Part shown: in pieces, positions 1 to 9,372 of the stretch
How the letters are laid out: each line of letters starts with the position of its first letter
Position numbering within the stretch: the stretch's first letter is position 1
Assembly: GCA_947625145.1 (NCBI GenBank)
Contig: CANQNC010000005.1
Location: forward strand, 2,965-66,964
DNA from: an uncultured Clostridia bacterium
GTDB lineage: Bacteria > Bacillota > Clostridia > Christensenellales > CAG-917
Direction: 5' to 3'
DNA: 64,000 nt
Translations under genes and position numbers: made by a program
Notes under the pieces: model-generated
What the model was told of the DNA's origin: nothing
Databases searched by the model: none
The model's input: only the letters and a program-made list of their open reading frames with translations

Positions 1-1008
1 GTATTTCTCCTTGACCGCCTCTCGGTAGACGCGCAACGTCTCCTCTCTGCCCACAAAGGCGGAGACGAGCATGATGAGGGTGCTTTCGGGCAGGTGGAAG
101 TTGGTGATCAGCCCCTTCACGCATTTGAATTTGTAACCGGGATAGATGAATATGTCCGTCTCCCCTCGGCAGGGGCGCACGAAGCCGTTTTCGTCAGCGA
201 CCGTCTCAAGAGTGCGCACGGCGGTGGTGCCCACGCAGATCACTCTTCTGCCCTCTTTGACCGCGGCATTGATCTTTGCGGCGTTTTCCTCGTCTATCTC
301 GTAATACTCGGTGTGCATTTTGTGGTCGAGGATATTTTCCTCTTTGACGGGACGGAACGTGCCAAGCCCTATGTGCAAAAGCACCGTCGCGAAGTCCGCG
401 CCCATATCGCGTATCTTCCGCATGAGCTCCTCGGTGAAGTGCAAGCCCGCGGTGGGAGCGGCGGCAGAGCCTTCCACCTTGCTGTACACGGTCTGATATC
501 TCTCCTTGTCCTCTAGTTTTTCCTTGATGTACGGCGGAAGAGGCATGTTGCCCACGCGGTCCAAAATGTCCTCAAACACGCCCTCGAATTTGAACTCCAC
601 GGTTCGCGCCCCGTATTCCCCGACTTCGGTGACCACGGCGCAAAGCTCGTCGCAAATGCGTATCACACTGCCGAGTTTCGCCTTGCGCGCGGGCTTCATT
701 ATGGTCTCCCAATGCGTATAGTCAAGCCGTTTGAGAAGCAACATTTCGATCACGCTCTCGCGCTCCTCTATATGCCCGAAAATGCGTGCGGGTATGACGC
801 GGGTGTTGTTGACCACAAGCAGATCTCCCGCCCTCAAAAGTTCGGGCAGATCGCGGAAGTGGAGATGCCTCATCTCCCCCGTCGCCCTGTCGTAGGCGAG
901 CAGACGAGAGGCGTCTCTCGGCTCAACGGGAGTTTGCGCGATAAGCTCCTCGGGAAGCTCGTAAAAGAAGTCGTGAGTCTTTAAGCTGTTTTCGGGTCCT
1001 TGTGACAT
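1..1008 (-). CDS. queA: S-adenosylmethionine:tRNA ribosyltransferase-isomerase (3' end runs off the window; only a few codons missing)
   Basis: Reverse complement from the ATG at 1006-1008 reads MSQGPENSLKTHDFFYELPEELIAQTPVEPRDASRL. Near the window edge it reads ...VGTTAVRTLE...GETDIFIYPGYKF...ITNFHLPESTLIMLVSAF. I checked all plus-strand triplets from position 1 and found no in-frame stop. It is missing from the ORF track because it has no stop codon. The plus-strand ORFs at 94-984 are antisense artefacts. Confidence 0.9.
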   Translation of the reverse strand, partial: MSQGPENSLKTHDFFYELPEELIAQTPVEPRDASRLLAYDRATGEMRHLHFRDLPELLRAGDLLVVNNTRVIPARIFGHIEERESVIEMLLLKRLDYTHWETIMKPARKAKLGSVIRICDELCAVVTEVGEYGARTVEFKFEGVFEDILDRVGNMPLPPYIKEKLEDKERYQTVYSKVEGSAAAPTAGLHFTEELMRKIRDMGADFATVLLHIGLGTFRPVKEENILDHKMHTEYYEIDEENAAKINAAVKEGRRVICVGTTAVRTLETVADENGFVRPCRGETDIFIYPGYKFKCVKGLITNFHLPESTLIMLVSAFVGREETLRVYREAVKEKY

Positions 1009-1078
1009 AATTTGCAGTTTGTTTGTCGTTTTTTTGCGGTTAAACCTCCGCTTCGGCAAAATGCGGAAAGCGAAGAGG

Positions 1079-2110
1079 TCATTTAGGCTTGCGTCCGAGA
1101 TGCTTGTACGCGCCGTCTGTGCACACTCTGCCCCTCGGCGTGCGCGCGATAAATCCGAGCTGAATCAGGAATGGCTCCACGACGTCCTCAATTGTGGACG
1201 CCTCCTCCCCCGTCGCCGCGGACAAAGTGTCCAGCCCGACGGGTCCGCCGCCGAACTTGTCTATGATGGCTTCGAGGACGCTTCTGTCCGTGACGTCAAG
1301 TCCAAGCTCGTCCACGTCCATAAGCCCGAGCGCCTTTTTTGTGATCTCCAAATTTATCCTGTCCAACTTTTCGTATTGCGCGAAGTCCCGCACTCTCCTC
1401 AAAAGGCGGTTGGCGATCCTAGGAGTGCCGCGACTGCGAAGCGCAAGCTCGAGCGCGGCTTCGGGGTCGATGGGGATCCCGAGTATCTTTGCCGAGCGCA
1501 TGACTATGGAGCGGAGCTCCTCGCCCGTGTACATTTCAAGCCTTAGCATCATTCCGAAGCGGTCCCTGAGCGGGCTTGACAGCATGCCCGAACGCGTGGT
1601 CGCTCCGATAAGCGTGAAGCGCTTGAGAGGAAGGCGTATGCTCCTTGCCATAGGCCCCTTCCCGGACACGAAGTCGAGGGAGAAATCCTCCATTGCGGGA
1701 TAGAGCACCTCTTCTATGTTGCGGTTGAGCCTGTGTATCTCGTCGATGAACAGGATATCCCCCTTTTCGAGGTTGGTCAAGATCGCGGCGAGGTCCGCCG
1801 CGCGCTCTATCGCGGGGCCGCTTGTGACGCGTATCTGCGCGCCGAGCTCCTGCGCAATGACGTGCGCGAGCGTGGTCTTCCCCAGCCCGGGAGGGCCGTA
1901 CAGCAAAACGTGATCCAGCGCGTCGTTCCTCTCCTTTGCGGACGAGATATAGACCTCCAGATTTTGCTTGATCTTGGCTTGCCCGACGTATTCCGCCATA
2001 GTGTGCGGACGGAGGCTGTTTTCCGCCTCGTCGTCCTCAATGGTCAGACTGCTCACCAGTCTCTGTTCGGGATCGTTGCCGTTGTCCTTTGAAAATTGCG
2101 ATCGTATCAT
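1079..2110 (-). CDS. ruvB: Holliday junction branch migration helicase RuvB
   Basis: 343 aa with the Walker A motif [14 protein letters not shown] and LFIDEIHRL, and RuvB-like sequence throughout. It follows ruvA. Confidence 0.95.
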   Translation of the reverse strand: MIRSQFSKDNGNDPEQRLVSSLTIEDDEAENSLRPHTMAEYVGQAKIKQNLEVYISSAKERNDALDHVLLYGPPGLGKTTLAHVIAQELGAQIRVTSGPAIERAADLAAILTNLEKGDILFIDEIHRLNRNIEEVLYPAMEDFSLDFVSGKGPMARSIRLPLKRFTLIGATTRSGMLSSPLRDRFGMMLRLEMYTGEELRSIVMRSAKILGIPIDPEAALELALRSRGTPRIANRLLRRVRDFAQYEKLDRINLEITKKALGLMDVDELGLDVTDRSVLEAIIDKFGGGPVGLDTLSAATGEEASTIEDVVEPFLIQLGFIARTPRGRVCTDGAYKHLGRKPK

Positions 2111-2143
2111 AAAAACTCCGCTCTATTTTTGCTCTTTTGCCTT

Positions 2144-2725
2144 TCAGCCCATGTTTTTGAGGCAGTAGGCGATGATGTTTTCCACTCCGACGACATGTTT
2201 CGCCGCCTCGCTCGCCGCGCGCACCGCGTCCGTCTTGGATATCCCCAAACTTTCAAGCGCAAACACCGCCGCCGCAACGTCTCCATCCGCGGTCGCCTCG
2301 CTTCCGCTCTCAAGCCCTATCGCGTCGTCCGCCGCCTGCTCTTTGAGGTTCAGCACGATAAGCTCCGCCGTCTTTTTCCCGAGCCCCTTGATCTTCGTCA
2401 AGGTCTTTATGTCCCCGCTTGCGATGGCGAGGGTGAGGGTTTTAAGGTCGTAGCCGCTTAAGATCTGCATCGCCATCTTCGGGCCTATGCCGCTTATTGC
2501 GATCAGCTTCAAAAACAGCGCCTTTTCCTCCGCGCGCGAAAATCCGTACAAGGACATCTCGTCCTCTTTGACGTAAAGATAGGTGTATATCTTGACCTCG
2601 TCGCCCATGCCGACGTCGTACAAGGTGTTGCCGCTCACGCCGATGTCATAGCCTATGCCGCCGTTGTCCACCACCAAGTTGCCGAGGCCCTTGTCCACGA
2701 CTTTTCCTTTGATATAGCTGTACAT
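2144..2725 (-). CDS. ruvA: Holliday junction DNA-binding protein RuvA
   Basis: The internal start MYSYIKGKVVDKG has a GGGAG Shine-Dalgarno just upstream. HhH motifs (ISGIGPKMA, KIKGLGKKTAE) are present. The longer ORF start at 2788 adds a non-homologous extension. Confidence 0.9.
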   Translation of the reverse strand: MYSYIKGKVVDKGLGNLVVDNGGIGYDIGVSGNTLYDVGMGDEVKIYTYLYVKEDEMSLYGFSRAEEKALFLKLIAISGIGPKMAMQILSGYDLKTLTLAIASGDIKTLTKIKGLGKKTAELIVLNLKEQAADDAIGLESGSEATADGDVAAAVFALESLGISKTDAVRAASEAAKHVVGVENIIAYCLKNMG

Positions 2726-2858
2726 AAAAACTCCCGATAGCGTTGGGCTTTCCGCCCACGCGTATGTCCGAAATTTATTATAACTCAAATCCCTTTGATT
2801 GACAAACGGTTGAGCGCATTTGCGAAGAATAGAAGCCCGCGGCGCTAAGAAACACTTT

Positions 2859-3356
2859 TTACGTCACCTTGAAGGACGGGGCAAATCTGCTTGTCTGCGC
2901 GTGGCAGACCGCGACCGCCAAGGCGTCCGCCGCGTCGTCGGGACGGGGAATGCTTTTCAGCCTGAGGAGCGCCTGTATCATATGTTGCATCTGCATCTTG
3001 TCCGCGCCGCCGTAGCCCGTGATCGCCTGCTTGATCTGATTTGGCGTGTACTCGTACACCTCGTCCCCAAGCTGTTTCACCGCGGTGAGGAGTATCACTC
3101 CCCTCGCCTCCGCGACGGGTATGCCCGTCGTTATATTTTTTGAGAAGAACAGTTCCTCAATCGCGATATTGTCGGGCTTGAACGTGGAGATCAATTCGGT
3201 CACGCCGTCCTCGAGTTGGAGCAGCCTGTTCGGCAAAGTGCAATCCTTGGGCGTCGTGACAACGCCGTAATCTATCACGGCAAAATTGCCGCGATCGTAC
3301 TCTATCGCCCCATAGCCCATGGTGGCAAGCCCCGGATCTATCCCCAAAATGATCAT
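2859..3356 (-). CDS. ruvC: crossover junction endodeoxyribonuclease RuvC
   Basis: 165 aa beginning MIILGIDPGLATMGYG, with the RuvC catalytic-core pattern. Confidence 0.9.
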   Translation of the reverse strand: MIILGIDPGLATMGYGAIEYDRGNFAVIDYGVVTTPKDCTLPNRLLQLEDGVTELISTFKPDNIAIEELFFSKNITTGIPVAEARGVILLTAVKQLGDEVYEYTPNQIKQAITGYGGADKMQMQHMIQALLRLKSIPRPDDAADALAVAVCHAQTSRFAPSFKVT

Positions 3357-3390
3357 AACACCTCAAACGGCGTTTTATCCCGCCGATATG

Positions 3391-4434
3391 TCATATTAAA
3401 ATGCTGTTTTCGTTGGTTGCGTCAAAAAGCAATATCCTTTCGGGAATTGGCAAAACGCACACCTCGTCCATTCGTTTTTCCCGCGCCACCTTAAGCCCCG
3501 AGCGCGTGATATGCACAAATTTTCCTCCGTCGCGCACGCAGTAGGCGACCTCTTCGCGCGCCTCTTTGTCCGTCGCGAAGTCCTCGCCGTGCCAGCCCGC
3601 GACTATCTCCCGCCCGAGATACGCATGCGGGATTTTGTCTTTGAGGTGGGAGACGTCCACCTTCTCTCCCCTTATATTCAGCGTGAGCCGTTCGCCGTCA
3701 AGCTCCGCCGTCGTCCTCTCGAAGTGGAAATACGGGTCCACCGCCTGCGCCGCCCAAACGCTTGCGGGCGCCGCGTAGATCTCGTCAAAACTTCCCGTCT
3801 GTTTCAGTTCCCCCGCCGCCATTATCACAATGCGGTCGGAGACGGACGCCGCTTGCCTCAGGCTTTGCGTGGAATAGACCACGCTCGCGCCGCTCTTCGC
3901 CTTTTTGACGAGAATGGGCATGAGCTGAGCCCACAGTTCCTCCCCCTCATTTTCGGACAGCCCCGCCGCGATGTCGTCCACAAGGATATTGCGGGCGTCG
4001 CGGAGCAACAGCCTTGCCGCGGCAAGCCGTTTGCGTTCGAGGAGGGAAACCTTGTCCGCGCGCTCTTCTAGGCACGCAAAAACGCCCAGCTCTTTCGCCG
4101 CCGTCTCTACTTTTGCCTTTATCTCGTCCTTGTCGACCCCTCTGATCTTGAGGGGATACGCCAGATTGTAAATACAGCTCCTCTTGAAAAACACAGCCGC
4201 GTCGTCGAAGATCAGCTGTACGTTGTCGGGCTTTTTGCCAAGCGGAGCGCCGTCCACGAGGACCTCGCCCTCGCACGCCTCCACGCCCGCCATACACTTC
4301 AAAAGGGTGGTCTTGCCGCTTGCGGGCGCGCCCAAAACGGCGACTATCTCGCCGTCCACGACTTGCATATCCACCGCGCCGAGCACTCTCGCGCCGTAAA
4401 GATATTGCTTTGTGACTCCCCTCAATTCAAGCAT
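3391..4434 (-). CDS. MalK/UgpC-like ABC ATPase homologue with degenerate catalytic motifs; no adjacent permease
   Basis: Walker A is intact (GAPASGKTT) and there is a C-terminal MalK-type regulatory region. VSLLERKRLAAAR replaces the LSGGQ signature, ILVDD replaces Walker B plus the catalytic Glu, and STQS replaces the H-loop. Confidence 0.7.
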   Translation of the reverse strand: MLELRGVTKQYLYGARVLGAVDMQVVDGEIVAVLGAPASGKTTLLKCMAGVEACEGEVLVDGAPLGKKPDNVQLIFDDAAVFFKRSCIYNLAYPLKIRGVDKDEIKAKVETAAKELGVFACLEERADKVSLLERKRLAAARLLLRDARNILVDDIAAGLSENEGEELWAQLMPILVKKAKSGASVVYSTQSLRQAASVSDRIVIMAAGELKQTGSFDEIYAAPASVWAAQAVDPYFHFERTTAELDGERLTLNIRGEKVDVSHLKDKIPHAYLGREIVAGWHGEDFATDKEAREEVAYCVRDGGKFVHITRSGLKVAREKRMDEVCVLPIPERILLFDATNENSILI

Positions 4435-4435
4435 A

Positions 4436-5014
4436 TCACAGAAGATCCAGAGGTTCGGAGAAGCCCTGCATGCAGTTGTCCAAAAAATAGCCCAGCTCGG
4501 GATATTCCTCCCTCATGCCGTCAAGCTGTTCCTTGAAACCAGCTTCCGCTTTTTCGAACTCTCTGTTGCCGAGTTGCCTCTCCTCCACGCATTTGACGTA
4601 TGCGGCGAGTTTGTCTCCCACCTTCATCAGCTTGTATTCCAAGCTGTCCGAGTCGGGAGTTATATAGCCGCTGTAGCTGTCTCGCAGCTGTTCGGGCAGC
4701 GAGCCGAGCAACCTGTTGTTGATGACGGTCTCTATCTCGGCGTACGCCCCCTTGATGCTGTTGTTGTAATACTTCACGGGCGTGGGCATATCCCCGCTGA
4801 AAACCTCCGCTGTGTCGTGATAGAGCGCGAGCGAGGCGATCTTGTCCACGTCCGCGTTCCCGCCGAACACGCAATTGCGGATGATGCCGAGCGCCTGCCC
4901 GAGTATCGCGACCGCGGCGGAGTGTTGCATGAGGTCCTCTTTGATGTTGGAGCGCATGAGGTTCCATCTCTGTATCAGTTTCATTCTGTTGATAAAAGCG
5001 TAAAATGTGTACAT
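4436..5014 (-). CDS. HD-domain 5'-deoxynucleotidase (YfbR-like)
   Basis: 192 aa containing MKLIQRWNLMR...HSAAVA...LYHDTAEVFSGDMPTPVK, the typical YfbR HD hydrolase pattern. Confidence 0.75.
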   Translation of the reverse strand: MYTFYAFINRMKLIQRWNLMRSNIKEDLMQHSAAVAILGQALGIIRNCVFGGNADVDKIASLALYHDTAEVFSGDMPTPVKYYNNSIKGAYAEIETVINNRLLGSLPEQLRDSYSGYITPDSDSLEYKLMKVGDKLAAYVKCVEERQLGNREFEKAEAGFKEQLDGMREEYPELGYFLDNCMQGFSEPLDLL

Positions 5015-5114
5015 ACGATCCTCCTCTTCTCATGCATTATAGCGCCTCCAACGTCCCAAAATCGGGACGCGGCGGCGCAAATATCCTATGACGCGGCGGG
5101 CTTGACGTCCGCGT

Positions 5115-6512
5115 TCAGCCGATGATATATCTGTCGTTTTTCTTGGGCGCGGCTTCTAGCTCCGCCTTTTTCGCCTCATAGCCGTGGCGATCGAACATGG
5201 CGTAGGTCGCGTTTTTGCCTTCCTCAACGCCGGGCTGATTGAAAGCGTCTATGTTCAGCATCTTCCCGCAATAGGCGGTTTCGAGTTGGAAGAACATCAT
5301 CAGCTCGCCTATGCTCTCGGCATTTACGGCGTCAAGCAAAATTGTGCGGTTCATATGCTTCGAGCGCGTGAGCGCATATTCCGTCGCGCGGCGCTCCGTG
5401 TTGATAAGCTCGCCCATGGTGTGCCCGCAGAGGAAGTTGACGTCCGCAAACTCCTCCGCGCCCTTTGCGATCTCCACGTCCTTGCGGAAATGCTCCACGC
5501 CAATGATGGTGATCACCTTATCAAACGGGCCTTCTGTGTACAGCTGGACCTGCGAATGTTGATCCGTCACGCCAAGCGCCTTGACGGGAGTTTGTCCCTT
5601 GTGCACGAGTTTGCCGTCGAAGTCCGTCGCCTTTCCGAGGCTTTCGCCCCAAAGTTGGCAATACCAGTCCGCCATAAGTTTGAGGGAGTCGGCGTAAGGC
5701 ATCATGACGGAAATGTTTTTGCCCTTCTGCTCCATTGCGATATAGCTGAGCGTCGCCGCCATAAGCGCGGGGTTTTTGAAGGGATCCGAGCTGTTGCACG
5801 CCTTGTCCATGTTCGCCGCGCCTCTGAGCATACCCACGATGTCTATGCCGAGCACCGCCGCGGGGAGCAGACCGACGGGGCAAAGCTCGCTGAATCTGCC
5901 GCCCACGCCGTCCGGGATGAAGTAGGTCTTGAAGCCCTCGCTCTTTGCAAGTTTGATGAGGTTGCCCTTGCTCTCGGAAGTTGTGGCGATGATGTGCTTT
6001 GCCCAATCCTTGCCGCACTTCTTTTTCAAGATGTCCGTGATGATGAGGTATTGACTCATGGTCTCGGACGTCGCGCCGCTTTTTGTGATGACGTTGAACA
6101 TGGTCTCCTTGACGTCGATCACGTCAAGCAAGGACTGCATACGTTCGGGGTCCACGTTGTCCTCGACGTAAAATTTGACAGACCTCTTGTCCTCGTCAAG
6201 CTCGTTGTTGCGCAGATGGCAAAGCGCGTTGTACACCGCCATGGGGCCGAGCGCGCTGCCGCCTATGCCGAGCACGACGAAGTTTTTGTAATGCGCGCGT
6301 ATGTCCGCCGCCGTGCAGATGATGTCCGCCACTTCTTCCGCCTGACAGTATGGAAGCTCGGACCAACCCATCCAGCCCGTGCCCCTGTTTTTTTCAAAAT
6401 AGGAGTAAGCGTCCTTCGACAGCTCCGAGACAGCGGCGATTTCCGCTTCCGCGATACCCTGTTCGCCGATATAGGCGTCCATCATGTTGTTGAAATCGAA
6501 TTTCAGTTGCAT
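5115..6512 (-). CDS. pgi: glucose-6-phosphate isomerase
   Basis: 465 aa of the bacterial short-type PGI, with GIGGSALGP, TKSGATSET and VTDQHSQ motifs. Confidence 0.9.
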   Translation of the reverse strand: MQLKFDFNNMMDAYIGEQGIAEAEIAAVSELSKDAYSYFEKNRGTGWMGWSELPYCQAEEVADIICTAADIRAHYKNFVVLGIGGSALGPMAVYNALCHLRNNELDEDKRSVKFYVEDNVDPERMQSLLDVIDVKETMFNVITKSGATSETMSQYLIITDILKKKCGKDWAKHIIATTSESKGNLIKLAKSEGFKTYFIPDGVGGRFSELCPVGLLPAAVLGIDIVGMLRGAANMDKACNSSDPFKNPALMAATLSYIAMEQKGKNISVMMPYADSLKLMADWYCQLWGESLGKATDFDGKLVHKGQTPVKALGVTDQHSQVQLYTEGPFDKVITIIGVEHFRKDVEIAKGAEEFADVNFLCGHTMGELINTERRATEYALTRSKHMNRTILLDAVNAESIGELMMFFQLETAYCGKMLNIDAFNQPGVEEGKNATYAMFDRHGYEAKKAELEAAPKKNDRYIIG

Positions 6513-7303
6513 TGTTTGTTGCCTCCGACAATTTTTTTGAGATATTTAACGGCGGCTGCCACTTCCTCGCAGTCGGCGTAATTCCTGCTGTATTGCTCGA
6601 TTTGCAGGGGGCCGTCGTATCCCCCTTCCTCCAGCTTTTTCACGAGGGCGTCGAAGGGGAATATCCCCTGCCCAACCATGACGATATTTCCGTCTTTGTC
6701 CACGTCGCTGACGTGCACGTTTTTCAGTCTGTCCCCCATGACGTCGATATACTCCCGCCAATCGCGATCGGACTGCCTCGCCTGCTTTATGTCAAGCACA
6801 CAGCCGACATGGGGGCATAAGTCGCGCACGGCTTGAAAATATTCGGGACGATCGAACATTGCCCAATGCACGTTTTCAAGGCAGAGCGTGACGCCGAAAT
6901 CGTTTGCCATCAAGGCAAGCTCCTCCAGCCTTTTGCCCGACTTTTCGGGGTCCACGCAAGATCCGCGCTTGAACTTGCATATGCCGTGGAAGGTGTAGAC
7001 CTTTGCGCCCAGCCTCTTCCCCGCCTCTAGCACGCGCAGGAAGATGTCCTCCGCGTCCGCTCTCGTCCTTGCGGCGCCGTTGAAGAGTTGGGGCTCGAAT
7101 TGCGTGTTGAGCGCGTGCACGGAGTAGATGTCAAGCTCCCCCTTGCGCTCGAGGAGAAGGTCGATAAACTTCGGCTCGTACTCGCTGAGGGTGGACAAAA
7201 ATACCTCAGCGACCTCTCCCCCGCAACGTTGAATGACCGAGAACGTATCCTCGGTCAAAATTTTCAAAAAGAATGTGGCTGTGGAAACGCCGACTTTGAT
7301 CAT
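6503..7303 (-). CDS. sugar phosphate isomerase/epimerase (xylose isomerase-like TIM barrel)
   Basis: 266 aa with a TIM-barrel AP-endonuclease-2/xylose-isomerase-like pattern (LCLENVH, HVSD). It overlaps both hpf and pgi, which suggests one operon. Confidence 0.65.
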   Translation of the reverse strand: MIKVGVSTATFFLKILTEDTFSVIQRCGGEVAEVFLSTLSEYEPKFIDLLLERKGELDIYSVHALNTQFEPQLFNGAARTRADAEDIFLRVLEAGKRLGAKVYTFHGICKFKRGSCVDPEKSGKRLEELALMANDFGVTLCLENVHWAMFDRPEYFQAVRDLCPHVGCVLDIKQARQSDRDWREYIDVMGDRLKNVHVSDVDKDGNIVMVGQGIFPFDALVKKLEEGGYDGPLQIEQYSRNYADCEEVAAAVKYLKKIVGGNKQCN

Positions 7304-7635
7304 TCGGCGTCGCCCTCTTCATAGACGTTGTGCGCGCCCTTCTTGTCCTTGCCCCAGATGTCCTTTTGCTTGCGCATCTGTCCCAGAAGCCTTGGGATCA
7401 CGACGTCCACATTGTCGAAAGGCGAATCCGATTGAGCGGTCGCTCTGTACGATATCCCCCTTGTCGTCACCACAAGGTCTGTCGTGTAGTCGTCCTTTTC
7501 CAAGGTCACGGTGAAGTTTGCCTCGGCGTCGGGATCGTCTTTGAGTCTGCGAGCGAGTTTGGCGCACTTTTTTTCCGTCACTTTGACAAGCGCCTCGCTC
7601 GGATTGTAGTTTTTGCCGAAAATGTTGATCTTCAT
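7300..7635 (-). CDS. hpf: ribosome hibernation promoting factor / RaiA family (short form)
   Basis: The internal start MKINIFGKNYNPSEAL is preceded by AAGGAGGTG. The sequence is of the sigma-54 modulation protein/S30EA type. The ORF-track start at 7776 is an upstream extension. Confidence 0.85.
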   Translation of the reverse strand: MKINIFGKNYNPSEALVKVTEKKCAKLARRLKDDPDAEANFTVTLEKDDYTTDLVVTTRGISYRATAQSDSPFDNVDVVIPRLLGQMRKQKDIWGKDKKGAHNVYEEGDAE

Positions 7636-7663
7636 ATGCCGCACCTCCTTAGGTTCCAACCCA

Positions 7664-7692
7664 ATTATAGCAAAACTTTTCGGCATATTCAA
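7664..7692 (-). promoter_or_regulatory. sigma-70-type promoter for hpf
   Basis: The minus strand reads TTGAAT, a 17-nt spacer, then TATAAT (with TGC immediately upstream). It lies about 28 nt before the hpf ATG. Confidence 0.6.
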
Positions 7693-7913
7693 TAGCAAAA
7701 ATATTATAGTAAAAAAATATTGTATAAGCCTCGGTATGAGCCGTGGCAGAAGCGCACCGTTTCGCGTCGCGCGCAAAACGCCCGCTCCCCTCGAGCGTCC
7801 CGACGCCCGCGGGGATATCCCCGAATGTCCCTCTCTTCTCGGCGGCGCGCAAATTCCGTCTTTTTGCCCTCGTCCGTTAGATATGCAAAAAGTTTTTACT
7901 TATCCTTGCAATG

Positions 7914-7936
7914 ACGAAAAAAACGCTTTCGCGTTC
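7914..7936 (-). terminator. intrinsic terminator after the M50 protease gene
   Basis: The minus strand reads GAACGCGAAAGCGTTTTTTTC, a short GC stem followed by a T-run. Confidence 0.5.
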
Positions 7937-7977
7937 GTTCGATATCGCAAATGTAAATCCCGTTTCCCGCCCTCGTC

Positions 7978-8808
7978 TTACAGCCTTTTTGCGCGGAGGG
8001 CGTCGTAAACGGGAGTGGACAGCCTGCATTTCAGCGCTATGTCTTTGAGGCTGTTTTCGGAAAGTTCCGCAAGCATATTTCCCTCCTTGTCCACGATCTC
8101 GAACACGACTTCGCTTTCGCTGTTCACGTGATGGTAGAGCCTGACAAGCGGAGTGGACGACAAAATTGCCACCCTCTTTTTTTCCACTCCCACGGAATAG
8201 TTTTTGGACAGACTGCAAAGCACGCTGACGTACATTTCCTCTCTTGTCCCGAACGCGGCGCCGTAAAACAGAAACACCGCGAGGATGCCGAAGCTGGGAT
8301 TGAAGCCGAAAAAGAAGGACGCGACGCAAAGCCCCATCAGCGCCAAGGATAGGCATACGCCCGCCGCGCGCAAGCCCTTCAGGGCTTTCATTCGATTGCG
8401 GCAAAGCCCCAACACGACGCGCCCGCCGTCCAAGGGATAGACGGGGAAAAGATTGAATATGCCGAGGGTCAGATTTGCGTAAAGGAAAGGCAAAGTGTAA
8501 GGATACGCCGCGGGAAAGATCCACCAAAGCCCCACCGTCATGGTCGCCAAAAGCAGATTGGCAAGCGGCCCCGCAAGCCCGATGAGCACGGCGGAAGTTC
8601 TGTCGAAGCTCTCCTCCAAACTCATCATTGCGCCGTATGGGAGAAGGACGACGCTTTTCACCGCGTAGCCTCTGAGCCTTGCCATACACCCGTGCGCGAA
8701 TTCGTGAAGGGCAAGCGCTAGCAAGGTGTACGCAAAATTCAGCGCCTGCCCGAACGCCGTCAGCACTAGGGCAAGCACGAAAAAAAGCGGATGTATCCTG
8801 AATTTCAT
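7978..8808 (-). CDS. M50 family site-2 metalloprotease (SpoIVFB-like, C-terminal CBS-like region)
   Basis: 276 aa, polytopic, with HEFAH in a transmembrane helix and a second motif region NLFPVYPLDGGR. Confidence 0.8.
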   Translation of the reverse strand: MKFRIHPLFFVLALVLTAFGQALNFAYTLLALALHEFAHGCMARLRGYAVKSVVLLPYGAMMSLEESFDRTSAVLIGLAGPLANLLLATMTVGLWWIFPAAYPYTLPFLYANLTLGIFNLFPVYPLDGGRVVLGLCRNRMKALKGLRAAGVCLSLALMGLCVASFFFGFNPSFGILAVFLFYGAAFGTREEMYVSVLCSLSKNYSVGVEKKRVAILSSTPLVRLYHHVNSESEVVFEIVDKEGNMLAELSENSLKDIALKCRLSTPVYDALRAKRL

Positions 8809-8822
8809 GCCTTAGGCAAAGA

Positions 8823-9062
8823 TCAGACGTTTGAAAGGAATCCCGCGACCGAGTTCAGCGCGTCCACCGCCGCCGTCGCCCTGAAGAGATTGGCAAACAG
8901 GAAGCCGAGGGACACAAACACGCCTATCACAACGGGGATTATCGCCAGATCAAGCGCGTCCCAACTTCTGTTTTTGCGGCTGCGCTTTTGGGATACGCGG
9001 TTTTCCACAAATTCGTTTTCGGACACTTCGACATCCATCTTTTTGTTTTCATCATATTCCAT
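8823..9062 (-). CDS. small single-pass membrane protein, unknown function
   Basis: 79 aa with an acidic/basic N-terminus followed by one hydrophobic helix (LAIIPVVIGVFVSLGFLFANLF). It sits tightly between minE and the M50 protease. Confidence 0.5.
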   Translation of the reverse strand: MEYDENKKMDVEVSENEFVENRVSQKRSRKNRSWDALDLAIIPVVIGVFVSLGFLFANLFRATAAVDALNSVAGFLSNV

Positions 9063-9120
9063 AAGTCACCTCGCATAAAGCCTATGCGCCATGCAAGCGG
9101 GGTATGACTTCAAACAAAAA

Positions 9121-9372
9121 TTATTCTCGTCTGATGTCCAGCGTGGTGTCGAATTGTCTGATCTCGGACGCCGAAAAGGATATGTTCACGCAAAATCCGC
9201 CGTCCGTCTGTTGGGATATCTCCGCGCGTATGGGAGAGGATATCTCAAAATAGCTTGCAAGCAAATGTCCCAGATCTCCTCTCAGCGCGGCGTAAAAGCC
9301 GTCGCGCACGCCCACCTTGTCCTGCGTAAGCATTTCCCTCATTCTGCGGGATATATCCCTGTCTGCTCTCAT
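9121..9372 (-). CDS. minE: cell division topological specificity factor MinE-like
   Basis: 83 aa whose start overlaps the minD stop (ATGA). The pattern RMREMLTQD...LRGDLGHLLASYFEI... resembles the MinE core. An N-terminal amphipathic membrane-targeting segment is not evident. Confidence 0.6.
   Translation of the reverse strand: MRADRDISRRMREMLTQDKVGVRDGFYAALRGDLGHLLASYFEISSPIRAEISQQTDGGFCVNISFSASEIRQFDTTLDIRRE

Noticed and set aside
5184-6581. A 465-aa ORF on the plus strand, exactly antisense to pgi and of the same length.
   Set aside because: The product is Arg/His/Ala/Val-rich low complexity with no recognisable motif, whereas the minus-strand frame is an unambiguous PGI. Long stop-free antisense frames are a common artefact of GC-rich codon usage. 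The same applies to 1019-1546, 9414-10103, 11100-11996, 12822-13811, 13814-15040, 16694-17590, 22177-23208, 25765-26724, 27722-29116, 37883-39268, 41646-42938, 56145-57650 and 59705-60292.
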